Source of the DNA: Candidatus Omnitrophota bacterium
Lineage (GTDB): Bacteria; Omnitrophota; Gorgyraeia; Zapsychrales; Fredricksoniimonadaceae
NCBI GenBank assembly: GCA_030650275.1
Contig: JAUSEK010000015.1
Coordinates: forward strand, 67,834 to 131,833
DNA: 64,000 bases
Direction: 5' to 3'
Part shown: in pieces, positions 51,534-62,337 of the stretch
How the letters are laid out: the number at the start of each line of letters is the position of its first letter
How positions within the stretch are numbered: the first letter of the stretch is position 1
Notes under the pieces: generated by a model
The model's database searches: none
Told to the model about the DNA's origin: nothing
Seen by the model: the letters and a program-made list of their open reading frames with translations, nothing else
Position numbers and translations under genes: made by a program

Positions 51534-52051
51534 TGGTTCCCCGCTTCCTTGCCCGTATTGAATGCTCCCTGGGCCAATGAAACGATCCCGAAGATCGCGA
51601 TCAGCAGAAGAAGCGATGTCAATTCAAAGGGAAGCAGATAATCCGTAAAGAGGACCCTGCCGATGGTTTCAATGGTCCCGCGGACCGAAGAAGGGCCCAT
51701 GGTCTGGGCCGCGATGAAACTTTTGACGGCCAAAAAGAATGAGGAGGCGAACATGAGCCCGACAACCCCTCCAAGCAACCGAAAACGGCTTTGTTGGACC
51801 GATGTGATCGTGGCCGCGTTAAGGTTCAGGCACATGACCACAAACAGGAAGAAAACGAGGACCGCCCCCGCGTAGACCAATATCAGGATGATCCCGACAA
51901 AAAAGGCCTCTAAAAGGACAAAAAGAGAAGACAGGGCAAAGATGGCGACGACCAGGGCCAGGACATTGTAGAGGGGGTTTCGCGCCAGAATGACGGCAAG
52001 GCTTGCCAGGACCAAAACAGCCGCAAAGAGATAAAAGAAAAGGGCAGGCAT
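51530..52051 (-). CDS. nuoJ: NADH-quinone oxidoreductase subunit J
   Basis: 173 aa. 5 TM. Confidence 0.8.
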   Translation of the reverse strand: MPALFFYLFAAVLVLASLAVILARNPLYNVLALVVAIFALSSLFVLLEAFFVGIILILVYAGAVLVFFLFVVMCLNLNAATITSVQQSRFRLLGGVVGLMFASSFFLAVKSFIAAQTMGPSSVRGTIETIGRVLFTDYLLPFELTSLLLLIAIFGIVSLAQGAFNTGKEAGNQ

Positions 52052-52132
52052 ATGCTCAATATAGAAATAACCGTCATATTGTCAAGAATATTGTGCTATT
52101 GTTGTATTTTTTCAGCGGATAGAGAGAAAATT

Positions 52133-52177
52133 TGTCATTCCCGAAAGTTTCTGTCGGGAATCCAGACAAGGAACCCC
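52133..52177 (+). repeat. Partial copy D (first hairpin only) of the multi-hairpin repeat, upstream of nuoJ at the island boundary
   Basis: TGTCATTCCCGAAAGTTTCTGTCGGGAATCCAGACAAGGAACCCC. Confidence 0.75.
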
Positions 52178-52245
52178 ATGTATTGGATCCCTGACACAAT
52201 TACAATTGCCATCAAAGGATCAGATGTTATAATGTGTGACAAAAT

Positions 52246-52449
52246 GTGAGGAATATTATGACCAAAATTCCAGAAGTTTACACCGTCGCAGAAGTAGCGC
52301 GGGCTTTAAAACTTAATCCGTATACTATACGGCGTCTTGTGCGTGAAAAGAAAATCCCAGCCATCAAAATCGGCGGGCATTGGCGGTTTAGGAAGGGTGA
52401 CATCAACCGTTTGCTGGCTAACCCCAGAAAAAGAAAGATGAAGCAATGA
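52246..52449 (+). CDS. Excisionase/AlpA-type helix-turn-helix DNA-binding protein
   Basis: 67 aa. YTVAEVARALKLNPYTIRRLVREKKIPAIKIGGHWRFRKGDI is the classic HTH_17/Xis signature. Stop overlaps the start of the next gene (ATGA). Confidence 0.75.
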   Translation: MRNIMTKIPEVYTVAEVARALKLNPYTIRRLVREKKIPAIKIGGHWRFRKGDINRLLANPRKRKMKQ

Positions 52450-55400
52450 GTACAGATTTAACATTTTTTACTAATGAAAAGGGACGTACCCTTCTTGATC
52501 GATTTAAAATTACTTTGGCGAATAACACTAAGTTTTTTGATGTGTTGGTTGGATACTTCAGAACTAGCGGTTTTTATCACTTGTACCAGTCGCTTGAGAA
52601 AGTCGAAAAGATTCGGATTTTAGTCGGGATCAACGTAAATAAACAGACACACGATCTATTGATTGAGGCGAAAGAGCAGCAGTTGGCGCTCGCGTTTTCC
52701 CATAAAGAAACAAAGGACGCGTTTGCGGATGAAGTCGCCCGGGAAATGGAGGAGTCGGAAGATAATGCGGAAACAGAGATTGGCGTCCAGAAGTTCATTG
52801 AATTCATAAAAAATGGCAAGCTTGAAATTCGCGCGTATCCTTCGCAGGATATTCACGCCAAGGTTTATATCATTCGTAAAGATCAATCTAAGAGTGAAGA
52901 TTTTGGTCGGGTGATCACTGGTTCAAGCAATTTTTCGTATGCAGGCCTCCATGAAAATCTTGAGTTTAACGTTGAGTTGAAGGATAGCAGGGATGTAAAG
53001 TTTGCTTTGGAGAAGTTTGAGGATCTCTGGAAGGATTCAGTTGATATTTCAGAGAAATATATTGAGACGGTTAACACAAGAACATGGCTCAATGATGCGA
53101 TTTCCCCACATGATCTGTACTTGAAATTTTTATACGAGTACTTTAAGGATGAATTAAATCAGTCCGACGAAGTTTTCTATCGCTATCTACCCATCGAATT
53201 CAAAAAATTTGAATATCAAGAGCAGGCAGTTCTTAACGCCAAAAAGATCCTTGAAGAGTATGGTGGTGTCTTCATCTCAGACGTAGTTGGCCTTGGGAAA
53301 ACATATATTTCAGCAATGCTTGCCAGCCAGCTTGATGGCAGAACCTTGGTCATAGCACCGCCTATTTTGCTTGAGAAAAATAATCCCGGCTCTTGGCCTA
53401 ATGTTTTTGATGACTTCCGGGTTCACGCGCACTTTGAGTCGATTGGTAAATTGGACGCCCTTGTCGAAGCTGGGACTGATAAATTTACGAATATTATTAT
53501 TGATGAAGCCCACCGGTTCCGTACTGAGAGCAACATGACCTATGAAAAATTGGCTGAGGTATGCCGTGGCAAGCGGGTTATTCTCGTTACAGCCACACCT
53601 TACAATAACTCACCCAAGGATATTTTAAGTCAAATTAAGTTGTTCCAAAAAGCGAGAAAAAGCACAATTCCAAACCTCCCCGATTTGGAGAAGTTTTTTA
53701 ACGGCCTTGATAGGCGATTAAAGGTTTTGGATCGTCAGCGAGATTATTCGGAATATATTAAGACCGTTAAGGAAAACGCCAGAGAGATCCGGGAAAAGGT
53801 GTTGAAGTATTTAATGGTTCGTCGCACCCGTTCAGAGATTATAAAATACTTTGGTGAGGATTTGGCAAAGCATAAACTCAAATTTCCCGATGTCGAGAAA
53901 CCAGAGCCACTTTTTTATGAACTTAATGATGAGGAAGATTTGGTATTCAGTCGAACTATTGAGTTGATCGCTCATAAATTTAAATACGCCCGCTACACTC
54001 CGATGCTTTATTACAAAGGGGAAGTGTCTCAACCAGAGAAATTATCCCAAAGAAACATGGGAAAATTTATGAAGATTCTGATGGTCAAACGGTTGGAGAG
54101 TAGTTTTTTTGCTTTTAGAAATACCCTTGATCGTTTTATTTATTCCTATGAGCAATTCATTAAAGAATTTGACGGTGGCAACGTCTATGTGAGCAAAAAA
54201 CACAGCAACAAAGTATTTGAGTTTTTGGAAAACGATGATGACGCGGCTGTTCAGCGCCTTATTGATGAAGGTAAGGCGGAGAAGTTTAAGAGTGGTGATT
54301 TCAAAGAAGGGTTGCTAAAAGATTTAAAGAGTGATCTGGATATATTAAAAGAAATTCATAAAATTTGGAGCACGGTTAAACGAGATCCGAAGCTATTGGC
54401 TTTTCTTGACCGGCTTGCCAGCAATCAAATCCTAAAGAAAAATAAACTCATCATTTTTACGGAATCCAAAGAAACGGCTGAATATTTAGCAAAAAATATT
54501 GAGATTAAATTTCCCAATACCACGCTTTGTTTTACTGGGGCATCAGGCGAGGTTATCCGCGAGAAGGTGATTGATAACTTTGATGCGAAAGTTAAACATC
54601 CAAAGGACGATTACCGGATTTTAGTATCAACAGAGGTTCTCTCCGAAGGTGTTAACTTGCATCGATCCAATGTGGTTATCAATTATGATATTCCATGGAA
54701 TCCTACCCGGATGATGCAAAGAGTTGGCCGCGTCAATCGAGTTGATACTAAATTTGACGTAATTTATACGTTCACCTTTTTCCCCACCAAACAAGCTAAC
54801 GATCAGATTAAGCTCAGAGAAGCGGCCGAGGCCAAGATTAATGCGTTTATCTCCATGCTTGGATCCGATGCTCGTCTTCTAACCGAAGGAGAGCCCATAG
54901 AACAGCATGAGCTATTTAATCGGTTAACTTCTAAGAGGACTATTACCGGTGAAGATGACGGCGAAGAGAGCGAATTGAAGTATCTGTATGTTATTAAGAC
55001 TATTCGGGATCAAGATCCGGAGATGTTTGAGAAAATCAAGCGGCTCCCCAGAAAATCAAGAACCGCGCGAGCCAACGGTGAAAAAGTTAATTCACTACTG
55101 ACATATTTTAGACGTGGAAAGATCGAGAAATTTTTTATTGCGGGGGGTAACGAGAAATCGCAGGAACTTGACTTTATGTCAGCAGCTAAAACTTTAGAGA
55201 GTGGGAAAGATGCCCCTAAAGGCAAGATTGATAACAAGAATTTTTATGAGCTTTTAGCTCAGAATAAACAGGCGTTTATTTATGCCACCACCGAGGAGTT
55301 GCCCGAGGTTAAATTGCGGGGCGGCCGGGATAGCGCGACGCAAGTCCTTAGGATTATAAAGGCCACCTTAAAAGACAGTAGGCAATTTACTGATGACCAG

Positions 55401-55643
55401 GAGTATTACCTTAAAAAAGTTCGCACACAATTGGAAGAGGGCGCTCTACCTAAGCAGACAACCAAGAAAACACTTCAGGCCTTAAATGATGAGCTTAAAA
55501 AGGGAGTTAATCCCCTGCGAATCCTCGCCCGTTTACAGGCAAATATACCGGCGAAGCTTCTCGAGGGACATTTTGTTGAAGATCATGCGCAAGTATTTGG
55601 AAAAAGAGAAGTCATATTATCGGAATATTTAATCGCCGGATAA
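52446..55643 (+). CDS. PLD-family nuclease domain fused to SNF2-family helicase
   Basis: 1065 aa. N-terminal single HKD motif (IHAKVYIIRKD...VITGSSNFSYAGLHENLEFNVEL). Walker A VVGLGKTY. DEAH (IIIDEAHRFR). Helicase-C motifs (LVSTEVLSEGVNLH, QRVGRVNRV). The frame is intact. Confidence 0.8.
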   Translation: MSTDLTFFTNEKGRTLLDRFKITLANNTKFFDVLVGYFRTSGFYHLYQSLEKVEKIRILVGINVNKQTHDLLIEAKEQQLALAFSHKETKDAFADEVAREMEESEDNAETEIGVQKFIEFIKNGKLEIRAYPSQDIHAKVYIIRKDQSKSEDFGRVITGSSNFSYAGLHENLEFNVELKDSRDVKFALEKFEDLWKDSVDISEKYIETVNTRTWLNDAISPHDLYLKFLYEYFKDELNQSDEVFYRYLPIEFKKFEYQEQAVLNAKKILEEYGGVFISDVVGLGKTYISAMLASQLDGRTLVIAPPILLEKNNPGSWPNVFDDFRVHAHFESIGKLDALVEAGTDKFTNIIIDEAHRFRTESNMTYEKLAEVCRGKRVILVTATPYNNSPKDILSQIKLFQKARKSTIPNLPDLEKFFNGLDRRLKVLDRQRDYSEYIKTVKENAREIREKVLKYLMVRRTRSEIIKYFGEDLAKHKLKFPDVEKPEPLFYELNDEEDLVFSRTIELIAHKFKYARYTPMLYYKGEVSQPEKLSQRNMGKFMKILMVKRLESSFFAFRNTLDRFIYSYEQFIKEFDGGNVYVSKKHSNKVFEFLENDDDAAVQRLIDEGKAEKFKSGDFKEGLLKDLKSDLDILKEIHKIWSTVKRDPKLLAFLDRLASNQILKKNKLIIFTESKETAEYLAKNIEIKFPNTTLCFTGASGEVIREKVIDNFDAKVKHPKDDYRILVSTEVLSEGVNLHRSNVVINYDIPWNPTRMMQRVGRVNRVDTKFDVIYTFTFFPTKQANDQIKLREAAEAKINAFISMLGSDARLLTEGEPIEQHELFNRLTSKRTITGEDDGEESELKYLYVIKTIRDQDPEMFEKIKRLPRKSRTARANGEKVNSLLTYFRRGKIEKFFIAGGNEKSQELDFMSAAKTLESGKDAPKGKIDNKNFYELLAQNKQAFIYATTEELPEVKLRGGRDSATQVLRIIKATLKDSRQFTDDQEYYLKKVRTQLEEGALPKQTTKKTLQALNDELKKGVNPLRILARLQANIPAKLLEGHFVEDHAQVFGKREVILSEYLIAG

Positions 55644-55646
55644 TGT

Positions 55647-58600
55647 ATGGATAAAAATACAAGCCACAAAATTATTAAGGATACTTTGGAAAGAGCATTT
55701 GATAAAAATAAATTTTTTCTATTTGCAAAGAATCTCTGCAATCAGATTGATGAATCAAAGGCATTTCAGTTAAGTGGGGCTTATATCCCAGATGCATTTC
55801 GCGGATACGTTAAGTCATATGAACGGCTTGGAACTTTTACCGACCCGGAAGATAAGAAGATAGATGTCTTGATTGTCTATCTTCAAAAGAAAACTTCTTT
55901 GGAGAGGGCCCGCACCGCACAGCGCAATTTCGTTGCTCGCTATCTCAAAGATCGTGATCAAAAAGATGCTGGTCTGGTTGCTTTCGTTTCCCCAAACTCG
56001 GAGGATTGGCGGTTTTCCCTGATCAAAATGGAGTACAAGTTTACCGAGGGGAAATCCGGGAAGGTAAAGGTCAAAGAAGAATTCACCCCGGCGCGTAGAT
56101 GGTCTTTCCTTGTCGGGGCTAATGAAAACAGCCACACAGCCAAGAGTCGTTTGGCCCCGATCGTTCAGGATGATGAGCATAACCCTACCCTGAATTTTTT
56201 TGAAGAAGCATTCAATATTGAAAAAGTCACAAAAGAGTTCTTTGAGAAATATCGTGACCTGTTTTTGCGGGTTAAAGAAACTCTCGATGATGTGGTTAAA
56301 CAAGACCCGAAGATCAAGAAAGATTTTATTGCTAAGGGCGTGGATACTGTTGACTTTGCAAAGAAGCTACTCGGGCAGATTGTTTTTCTTTATTTTTTAC
56401 AAAAAAAAGGTTGGTTCGGTGTCGAACGCGATGCAGATTGGGGTTCCGGGCCTAAAAATTTTTTACGTCAACTCTTTGATAAAAAACACAGCGATTATAG
56501 GAACTTTTTTAACGATATTTTAGAACCGTTATTTTATGAAGCCCTTGCCCGTGAACGAGATCATGATTTTTACAGTCGCTTCAACTGTAAAATTCCTTTT
56601 TTAAACGGCGGTCTATTTGATCCAATCAATAATTATGACTGGGTTCATACTGATGTTCTTTTACCCGACGATTTATTCTCGAATGAAAGGAAAACTAAAG
56701 AAGGCGATATTGGTGACGGTATTTTAGATATTTTTGACCGGTATAATTTTACAGTTAAAGAAGATGAGCCACTTGAAAAGGAAGTGGCCATTGATCCTGA
56801 AGTGTTAGGAAAAATATTTGAAAAGCTTGGAGCGATAACGCCAAGTAGATTTAATGAATGGGCAGAAGCAGTCCGTTCCGGGGAAAAGAGCAAGGAGCAG
56901 GAGGCTAATAAAAAATTGGGAGTTTATTATACTCCTCGTGAAATTGTTCACTACATGTGTGTGCAAAGTTTAGTTAATTATTTAGATATGGAACTTCATG
57001 GGAAGGTTTTACAAGAAGATCTGGAAAAATTTATTAAGTATGGAGAGATGGCCGTTGAGCACGAAGCGCTATATGCTGAAAAGATTGAACAGAATCCGGA
57101 TTATAAAGGGAGATACGCCAAACCCAAATTGCCAGTTAGCATTGAACAAAACGCAGAAATAATTGATAGATCTTTAGCCAACATTAAAGTTTGCGACCCT
57201 GCTATTGGTTCGGGTGCTTTCCCAGTAGGCATGATGACAGAGATTGTTCGCAATCGGAATACGCTTTCAAGTTATCTTAAGGATCCAAGTCGTACGATTT
57301 ATAATTTCAAACGTGATTGTATTCAAAATTCGCTTTATGGTGTGGACATTGACCGGGTGCTGTTGAAATCGCCAAGCTTCGTTTGTGGCTGTCGCTTGTT
57401 GTGGATGAGGACGACATTAAGCAGATTAAGCCGTTACCAAATTTGGACTACAAGATAATGCAGGGCAATAGCTTGTCGGAAGAGTTTGAGGGTGTAAAGC
57501 TGTTTGATGACAAGCTAATTTTTGCTGTTAATTTCGATAAGGAAAAACAGGTTGAAGATCTCAAGGAAAAACAGAACACTCTATCGAGTGAGTATATTAA
57601 ACTTCATCAGGATAATAAACTGACCAATATAAGGAAAGAGGAGATAAAAGTAGAACTAAAGAAAATAAATAATCAGATTAAGAGCCTCAACCAGTCTGGG
57701 AAGAAGGCTCATGACGATACTGGGTTGTTTGATGTTTTCAGCAATGCAAAGAAGAAAGCGGACGAGTTAAAGCGCCTGCATAAAGAATTCTTTGAGACGA
57801 CCCAAAAGAAGGATGATCTTAAGAAACAGATTGAAAAGCTCGAATGGGATCTTATTGAGGCTACCCTTAAGGAACAAGGGAAAAATTCAGAGCTTAAAAA
57901 ACTTGAGGAGTTTAAGAAGACAAATACAAAACCTTTTTTTCTTTGGAAGCTCCACTTTGCCGATGTATTTGAAGAGAAGGGCGGTTTCGATGTTGTAATT
58001 GCGAATCCACCGTATATTAAAGAAGATGTGAATAGACATGCCTTTGACGGGCTGAGAAAGTCGGATTGTTATCAGGGTAAAATGGACATATGGTATTTGT
58101 TTGGTTCTGAAGGGTTGGATATTTTGAGAAATCATGGGGTAATGACATTTATTGCTACAAATAATTGGGTTACGAACGATGGTGCATCTAAGTTTAGAAA
58201 TAAAATAATTAAGTATGGCCGTATTATTGATTTTATTGATTTTGGAGATTATAAAATTTTTTCTGCGGGAATCCAAACAATGGTTTTTGTAGTTCTTAAG
58301 GATAACGAATCACCAGAATATGATTTGAAGTATGCCAAGCTACTTGATAATAATGCCGACGGAACGTTGTTAACAAGTTTTTTAAATGAACCCCATGAAT
58401 TATTAAATCATCGATTTGAGAAATTTAAAGTTTCAATTAGAAGATCCTCCTATTTAGAAGGTTATATTAAATTTATCCACCCCACCATTGGCAGGATATT
58501 AGATAGGATAAAGAGTGCAGGTTGTTTTAATTTAATGGATCACGAAATATTTAGTGGGATTGATGTAATGCAGGATTTTGTCGCCAAATCACATTTGGAA

Positions 58601-59329
58601 AAGCTGAATGGAAAAATTGGTGTTGGTGATGGTGTTTTTGTCTTAAGTGAAATAGAAAAAACACGAATCAAATGGAGCAACAAGGAATTAAATTTAATAA
58701 AACCATATTATACGACTCGGGAAATCGCAAGATATTATGCCAATAAATCCAATAGGCATTGGATTGTTTATACCGGGGCTGACGCTAACGATAAAATTAG
58801 CCTTTATCCAAATATAAAAAAACACTTAGATAAATTTAAAAAAATAATTACATCTGTAAATAAACCATATGGTTTACACAGAACCCGTGATGAAGAAAAT
58901 TTTCTTGGTCAAAAAATATTTTCTATTCGTAAATGTGCAATACCATCCTTTTCCTTGGTAAATTTTCCGTGCTATGTGTCTAGGGCATTCTTGATTATTA
59001 AGACAAACAGAATTGATTTTAAATATCTCCTGGCGATCTTGAATTCTAAAGTCACTGTTTTTTGGTTACTGCATAAGGGGAAGCTCCAAGGAAATCAATT
59101 TCAGGTAGATAAGGTACCATTGATGGATATCCCAATAGTATGCGGTCAACCTTCTAATCAAAAGCCCATAATTGATCTTGCGGATAAGATTTTATCATTG
59201 GCTCAGGATAACAAACAGACGCAAGATAAAATAAAAGAATACGAGCGTCAAATTGATCAAATGGTCTATGCGCTTTATGGCCTGACGGACGAGGAGATTA
59301 AGATCGTTGAGGAAAGTGTGGGTAAATGA
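55647..59329 (+). pseudogene. Gamma-class N6-adenine DNA methyltransferase (PglX/DrmMI/type IIG-like, ~1230 aa) disrupted by a -1 frameshift at ~57353
   Basis: ORF 55647-57458 carries the conserved N-terminal region (KIPFLNGGLFDP) and motif I (VCDPAIGSGAFPV...YGVDIDR). ORF 57383-59329 continues with AVEIAKLRLWLSLVVDE...NLDYKIMQGNSL, motif IV VVIANPPYIKE, and the C-terminal target-recognition region ending QMVYALYGLTDEEIKIVEES. The frames join if GACCGGG is read as GACCCGGG. Confidence 0.8.
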
Positions 59330-59946
59330 TAATAAAGATGGAAGAAGATACAAGATACCAGAAAGCGATACAAAGAAATATTGATTCGATTTTTCATGCT
59401 TTGTGGGAGTGGAAAACGATAGAAGCCTTTGAGCAATATGTAGAAGGAAAAAGGATCTATGTTTTAGGCCAAAATTTTTTTAAAATAATGCCGGTTGCCT
59501 TTTTTGGTGACATGTTAAGAAACGCCATTAATGTGCTTGATAAACACAGTGATGTCGCTTCATTTTGGTATATTCTAGAAGTAGGCGAAATTAAATCGTT
59601 AGAGATATATTCAGAACAAAAAATTGATTCTTTGAAAGATTTGGCTGGGAAATTAAAACACATTCGTGATAAAGTTTTTTTTCATCATGATAAGAATGGT
59701 GTTTTAGATACAAAGAAAATTTGGAAAGAAGCCGACATTGTAGGGAAAGATGTTGGCGAGGCCATTCAATATTTATTTTCTATATTGAAAGAGTTATATG
59801 AAAAGGTCATGAAAAAACAATATCACTCCGATCCTGATAATAGCATTGGGGAAGATTTCGTTAAACTATTAAATTTTGCAGCAGAAAATGGTTTTATTGA
59901 GGTTCGTTCGGAGAATTTTCGGGGACGTCTTCGAGTCTGTGGGTAG
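59326..59946 (+). CDS. Hypothetical protein, translationally coupled to the methyltransferase
   Basis: 206 aa. No recognisable motif. ATGA overlap with the upstream stop. Confidence 0.45.
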   Translation: MIIKMEEDTRYQKAIQRNIDSIFHALWEWKTIEAFEQYVEGKRIYVLGQNFFKIMPVAFFGDMLRNAINVLDKHSDVASFWYILEVGEIKSLEIYSEQKIDSLKDLAGKLKHIRDKVFFHHDKNGVLDTKKIWKEADIVGKDVGEAIQYLFSILKELYEKVMKKQYHSDPDNSIGEDFVKLLNFAAENGFIEVRSENFRGRLRVCG

Positions 59947-59983
59947 GATTAATCGTTAAATCTAGAGAGAAGAAAAAAACGTC

Positions 59984-60817
59984 ATGGCACAAAAATTCTA
60001 TGAAAAAGCATCAGTTCAAGTAGCAATAGTTGCGGGTATTTTTTCGTTGCTTTACTGCGGAATAACTATCTGGAACGATCGATCACAATTAAAACAAGAC
60101 AATCAAAATTATGTTCGAGAATTGATTCAAAAAGACAGTCGCATTGCAAGCTTAGAGCGAGAGATCCAACGATTAGAAATTCAACTCGTACCTTTAAAAA
60201 TAGTCTCGCTGGAAGGGCAATCTTTTATATTTAATGTTGCTAAGATTTCACAGTTAGGAGATTTGTCATCTTGGCATAATAAGTATGGCGGCCAACGACA
60301 AAGCTATGAGGAATTATTATCTTGGGGAAAAAAAGAAAATAGTTCCGAAATAAAGAAAAAGATTTCTGTCGAGACAGAAAGACTAGAAGAAATTTATGAC
60401 CCACGTATTATGATACCAACCATAGAACAGCCTATTTCTATATGTAAATTTATAACTCAGCCAAATATTCCTGCTTGTGCTTGGGGGCTCGAACCGCCTA
60501 CAGGTTACGATGCAAAAAATGTATTTCATCATCTGACTGAAAGGATATGGACTGAACGCGCCAGAGCCGCCTGTCTATTAAGGAATATAAGGACATCGCA
60601 GTATAAAGATCAAATAGACAAAGAAAAGCTTTTTGACACTCTCGTATCTCTCATGAAAGAAGAAAATGAAAAGAGCTTATTTGTTAGCAAAATGGCTCTA
60701 AATACCTATAGCGAATTGACGGGATTTTCACCTTCTGGCGTGTTTGATTTTGATGGCGCGATTAATGATTGGAAAAGCATGGAAAGAAAAAAAGAAATTT
60801 TAAAAATAAACTTCTGA
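59984..60817 (+). CDS. Hypothetical membrane-anchored coiled-coil protein
   Basis: 277 aa. One N-terminal TM (VAIVAGIFSLLYCGITIW) then coiled-coil (ELIQKDSRIASLEREIQRLEIQL). No known domain. Confidence 0.4.
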   Translation: MAQKFYEKASVQVAIVAGIFSLLYCGITIWNDRSQLKQDNQNYVRELIQKDSRIASLEREIQRLEIQLVPLKIVSLEGQSFIFNVAKISQLGDLSSWHNKYGGQRQSYEELLSWGKKENSSEIKKKISVETERLEEIYDPRIMIPTIEQPISICKFITQPNIPACAWGLEPPTGYDAKNVFHHLTERIWTERARAACLLRNIRTSQYKDQIDKEKLFDTLVSLMKEENEKSLFVSKMALNTYSELTGFSPSGVFDFDGAINDWKSMERKKEILKINF

Positions 60818-60947
60818 AAGTTGGGACGTCCCCTTAATCAGATGGTTGGAATAGGAAATTTTGATGACGCATAAAGAATCCGAAACAATCGAATTCAAAA
60901 AATCCACCGCCGAGGTTAAAGTGGGGGATGGCCGGGGAGAGGAGTAA

Positions 60948-62201
60948 GTGAAAACAATGTCATTGAAATCAATCGGTTTTGGTGAATCGACGACTGTCGA
61001 ATGGAAGCCATCGCTGTCGCAGATCCATGAGATCATCGAAAGCATAACAGCTTTTGCTAATACCGAGGGTGGACGATTGTTTGTAGGCATATCGAAGACT
61101 GGAGAGGGCATAGGTGTTCAGATTGGTAAAGGTACGGTAGAAGGTCTGGTTAATCGTATCGCTCAACATACTGATCCGAAAATCCAGCCGAAGATCACGG
61201 TCAAAAAGATTAAAGGCAAACAGGTTATTGTTATTGAAGTCAAACAGTCCAAGGATAGATTGGTCCTGGCCGATGGCCGGCCATATAAGCGTGTGGGGCC
61301 TTCGACCCGGCAAATGGGCAAGGATGAATACGAAGGGCTGATCCTGGAGAAACATAAGGGTAAACACTATTTTGATGAGCAGATCTGTGATGGCGCAAAG
61401 ATCTCGGATGTCAGCAGAGAAAAGCTTTTGGCATTTATTAAAGAAGCTAAACGGGAAAGGGGCTTAAGCATTGCTGAGGGTTTGTCGGTGACGGATATTT
61501 TGCGAAAGCTTAAACTCGTAAAGAATGACAAGCTAACCAATGGAGCTATTTTGTTGTTTGGTAAAGACACACAGAATTTCTTTTTACAATCTGAGCTAAA
61601 AGCGGTTCGATTTAAGGGCTTAGATGAAACCAGACCCATGCTTGATTTTAAAACGATTGGCGGGGATGCGATCACGCTTCTTAAAAAGGCTGAAGGTTTT
61701 ATTTATGACCATATCCCGATGAGGGCATGGATACAACCTGGGAAACTACAACGTCAGGAAAAATGGCTGTATCCGGAGGAAGCTATAAGAGAGGCTTTGG
61801 CCAATGCTTTGGCGCATAGAGACTACAGTAGTCCGGGCAAGGTTCAGGTGAGGATCTTTGATGATCGCTTGGAGATATGGAATCCGGGGCTTTTACCGCC
61901 ACCATTAACACTGGAGAAGTTAAAAGGAAAACATGATTCAGTTCCGCGCAATCCGCTTATTGCCAAGGCGTTTTTCTGGATCAAATATGCTGAAGATGTT
62001 GGATCGGGGACAAGCAAGATCATTCAGTGGTGTAAGGAGTGGGGATTGCCCGAGCCGACATATGAGGAAGCCGGGGCCAGTTTTGTGACGGTATTTCATA
62101 ATCCTAAGCCGGAGGATGGTGGTCAGCAAGGGGGCCAGAAACAGGGGCCAGAAACAGGGGCCAGAAAATTACCCCCAAACAAGCTATGGTTTTGGATTTG
62201 A
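60948..62201 (+). CDS. AlbA_2 (Schlafen-like) + HATPase_c_4 putative DNA-binding ATPase; C-terminal wHTH out of frame (62186-62362)
   Basis: 417 aa. N-terminal ESTTVEWKPSL...AFANTEGGRLFVGI (AlbA_2/divergent AAA). C-terminal HATPase_c_4-like (IREALANALAHRDY). The winged-helix segment expected for this family (MVLDLIRRNPLISRHDIASKLEINDSVVRKHLDALKAKGVLKRVG) is encoded immediately downstream in another frame. Confidence 0.6.
   Translation: MKTMSLKSIGFGESTTVEWKPSLSQIHEIIESITAFANTEGGRLFVGISKTGEGIGVQIGKGTVEGLVNRIAQHTDPKIQPKITVKKIKGKQVIVIEVKQSKDRLVLADGRPYKRVGPSTRQMGKDEYEGLILEKHKGKHYFDEQICDGAKISDVSREKLLAFIKEAKRERGLSIAEGLSVTDILRKLKLVKNDKLTNGAILLFGKDTQNFFLQSELKAVRFKGLDETRPMLDFKTIGGDAITLLKKAEGFIYDHIPMRAWIQPGKLQRQEKWLYPEEAIREALANALAHRDYSSPGKVQVRIFDDRLEIWNPGLLPPPLTLEKLKGKHDSVPRNPLIAKAFFWIKYAEDVGSGTSKIIQWCKEWGLPEPTYEEAGASFVTVFHNPKPEDGGQQGGQKQGPETGARKLPPNKLWFWI
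62130..62168. repeat. 13-bp tandem repeat (GGGGCCAGAAACA x ~3) at the frame break of the AlbA_2 gene
   Basis: Seen directly: gggggccagaaacaggggccagaaacaggggccagaaaa. Confidence 0.85.
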
Positions 62202-62337
62202 TCAGGCGGAACCCATTGATATCCCGCCATGATATTGCGAGTAAGCTTGAGATCAATGATTCCGTGGTTCGGAAGCATTTGGACGCATTGAAGGCCAAAG
62301 GCGTGCTTAAGAGGGTTGGCCCTGATAAAGGCGGACA

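Noticed and set aside
55815-56303. ORF 55815-56303 (-) and 56200-56523 (+) within the methyltransferase region
   Set aside because: They overlap the conserved N-terminal region of the MTase in other frames. They are AT-rich shadow ORFs.
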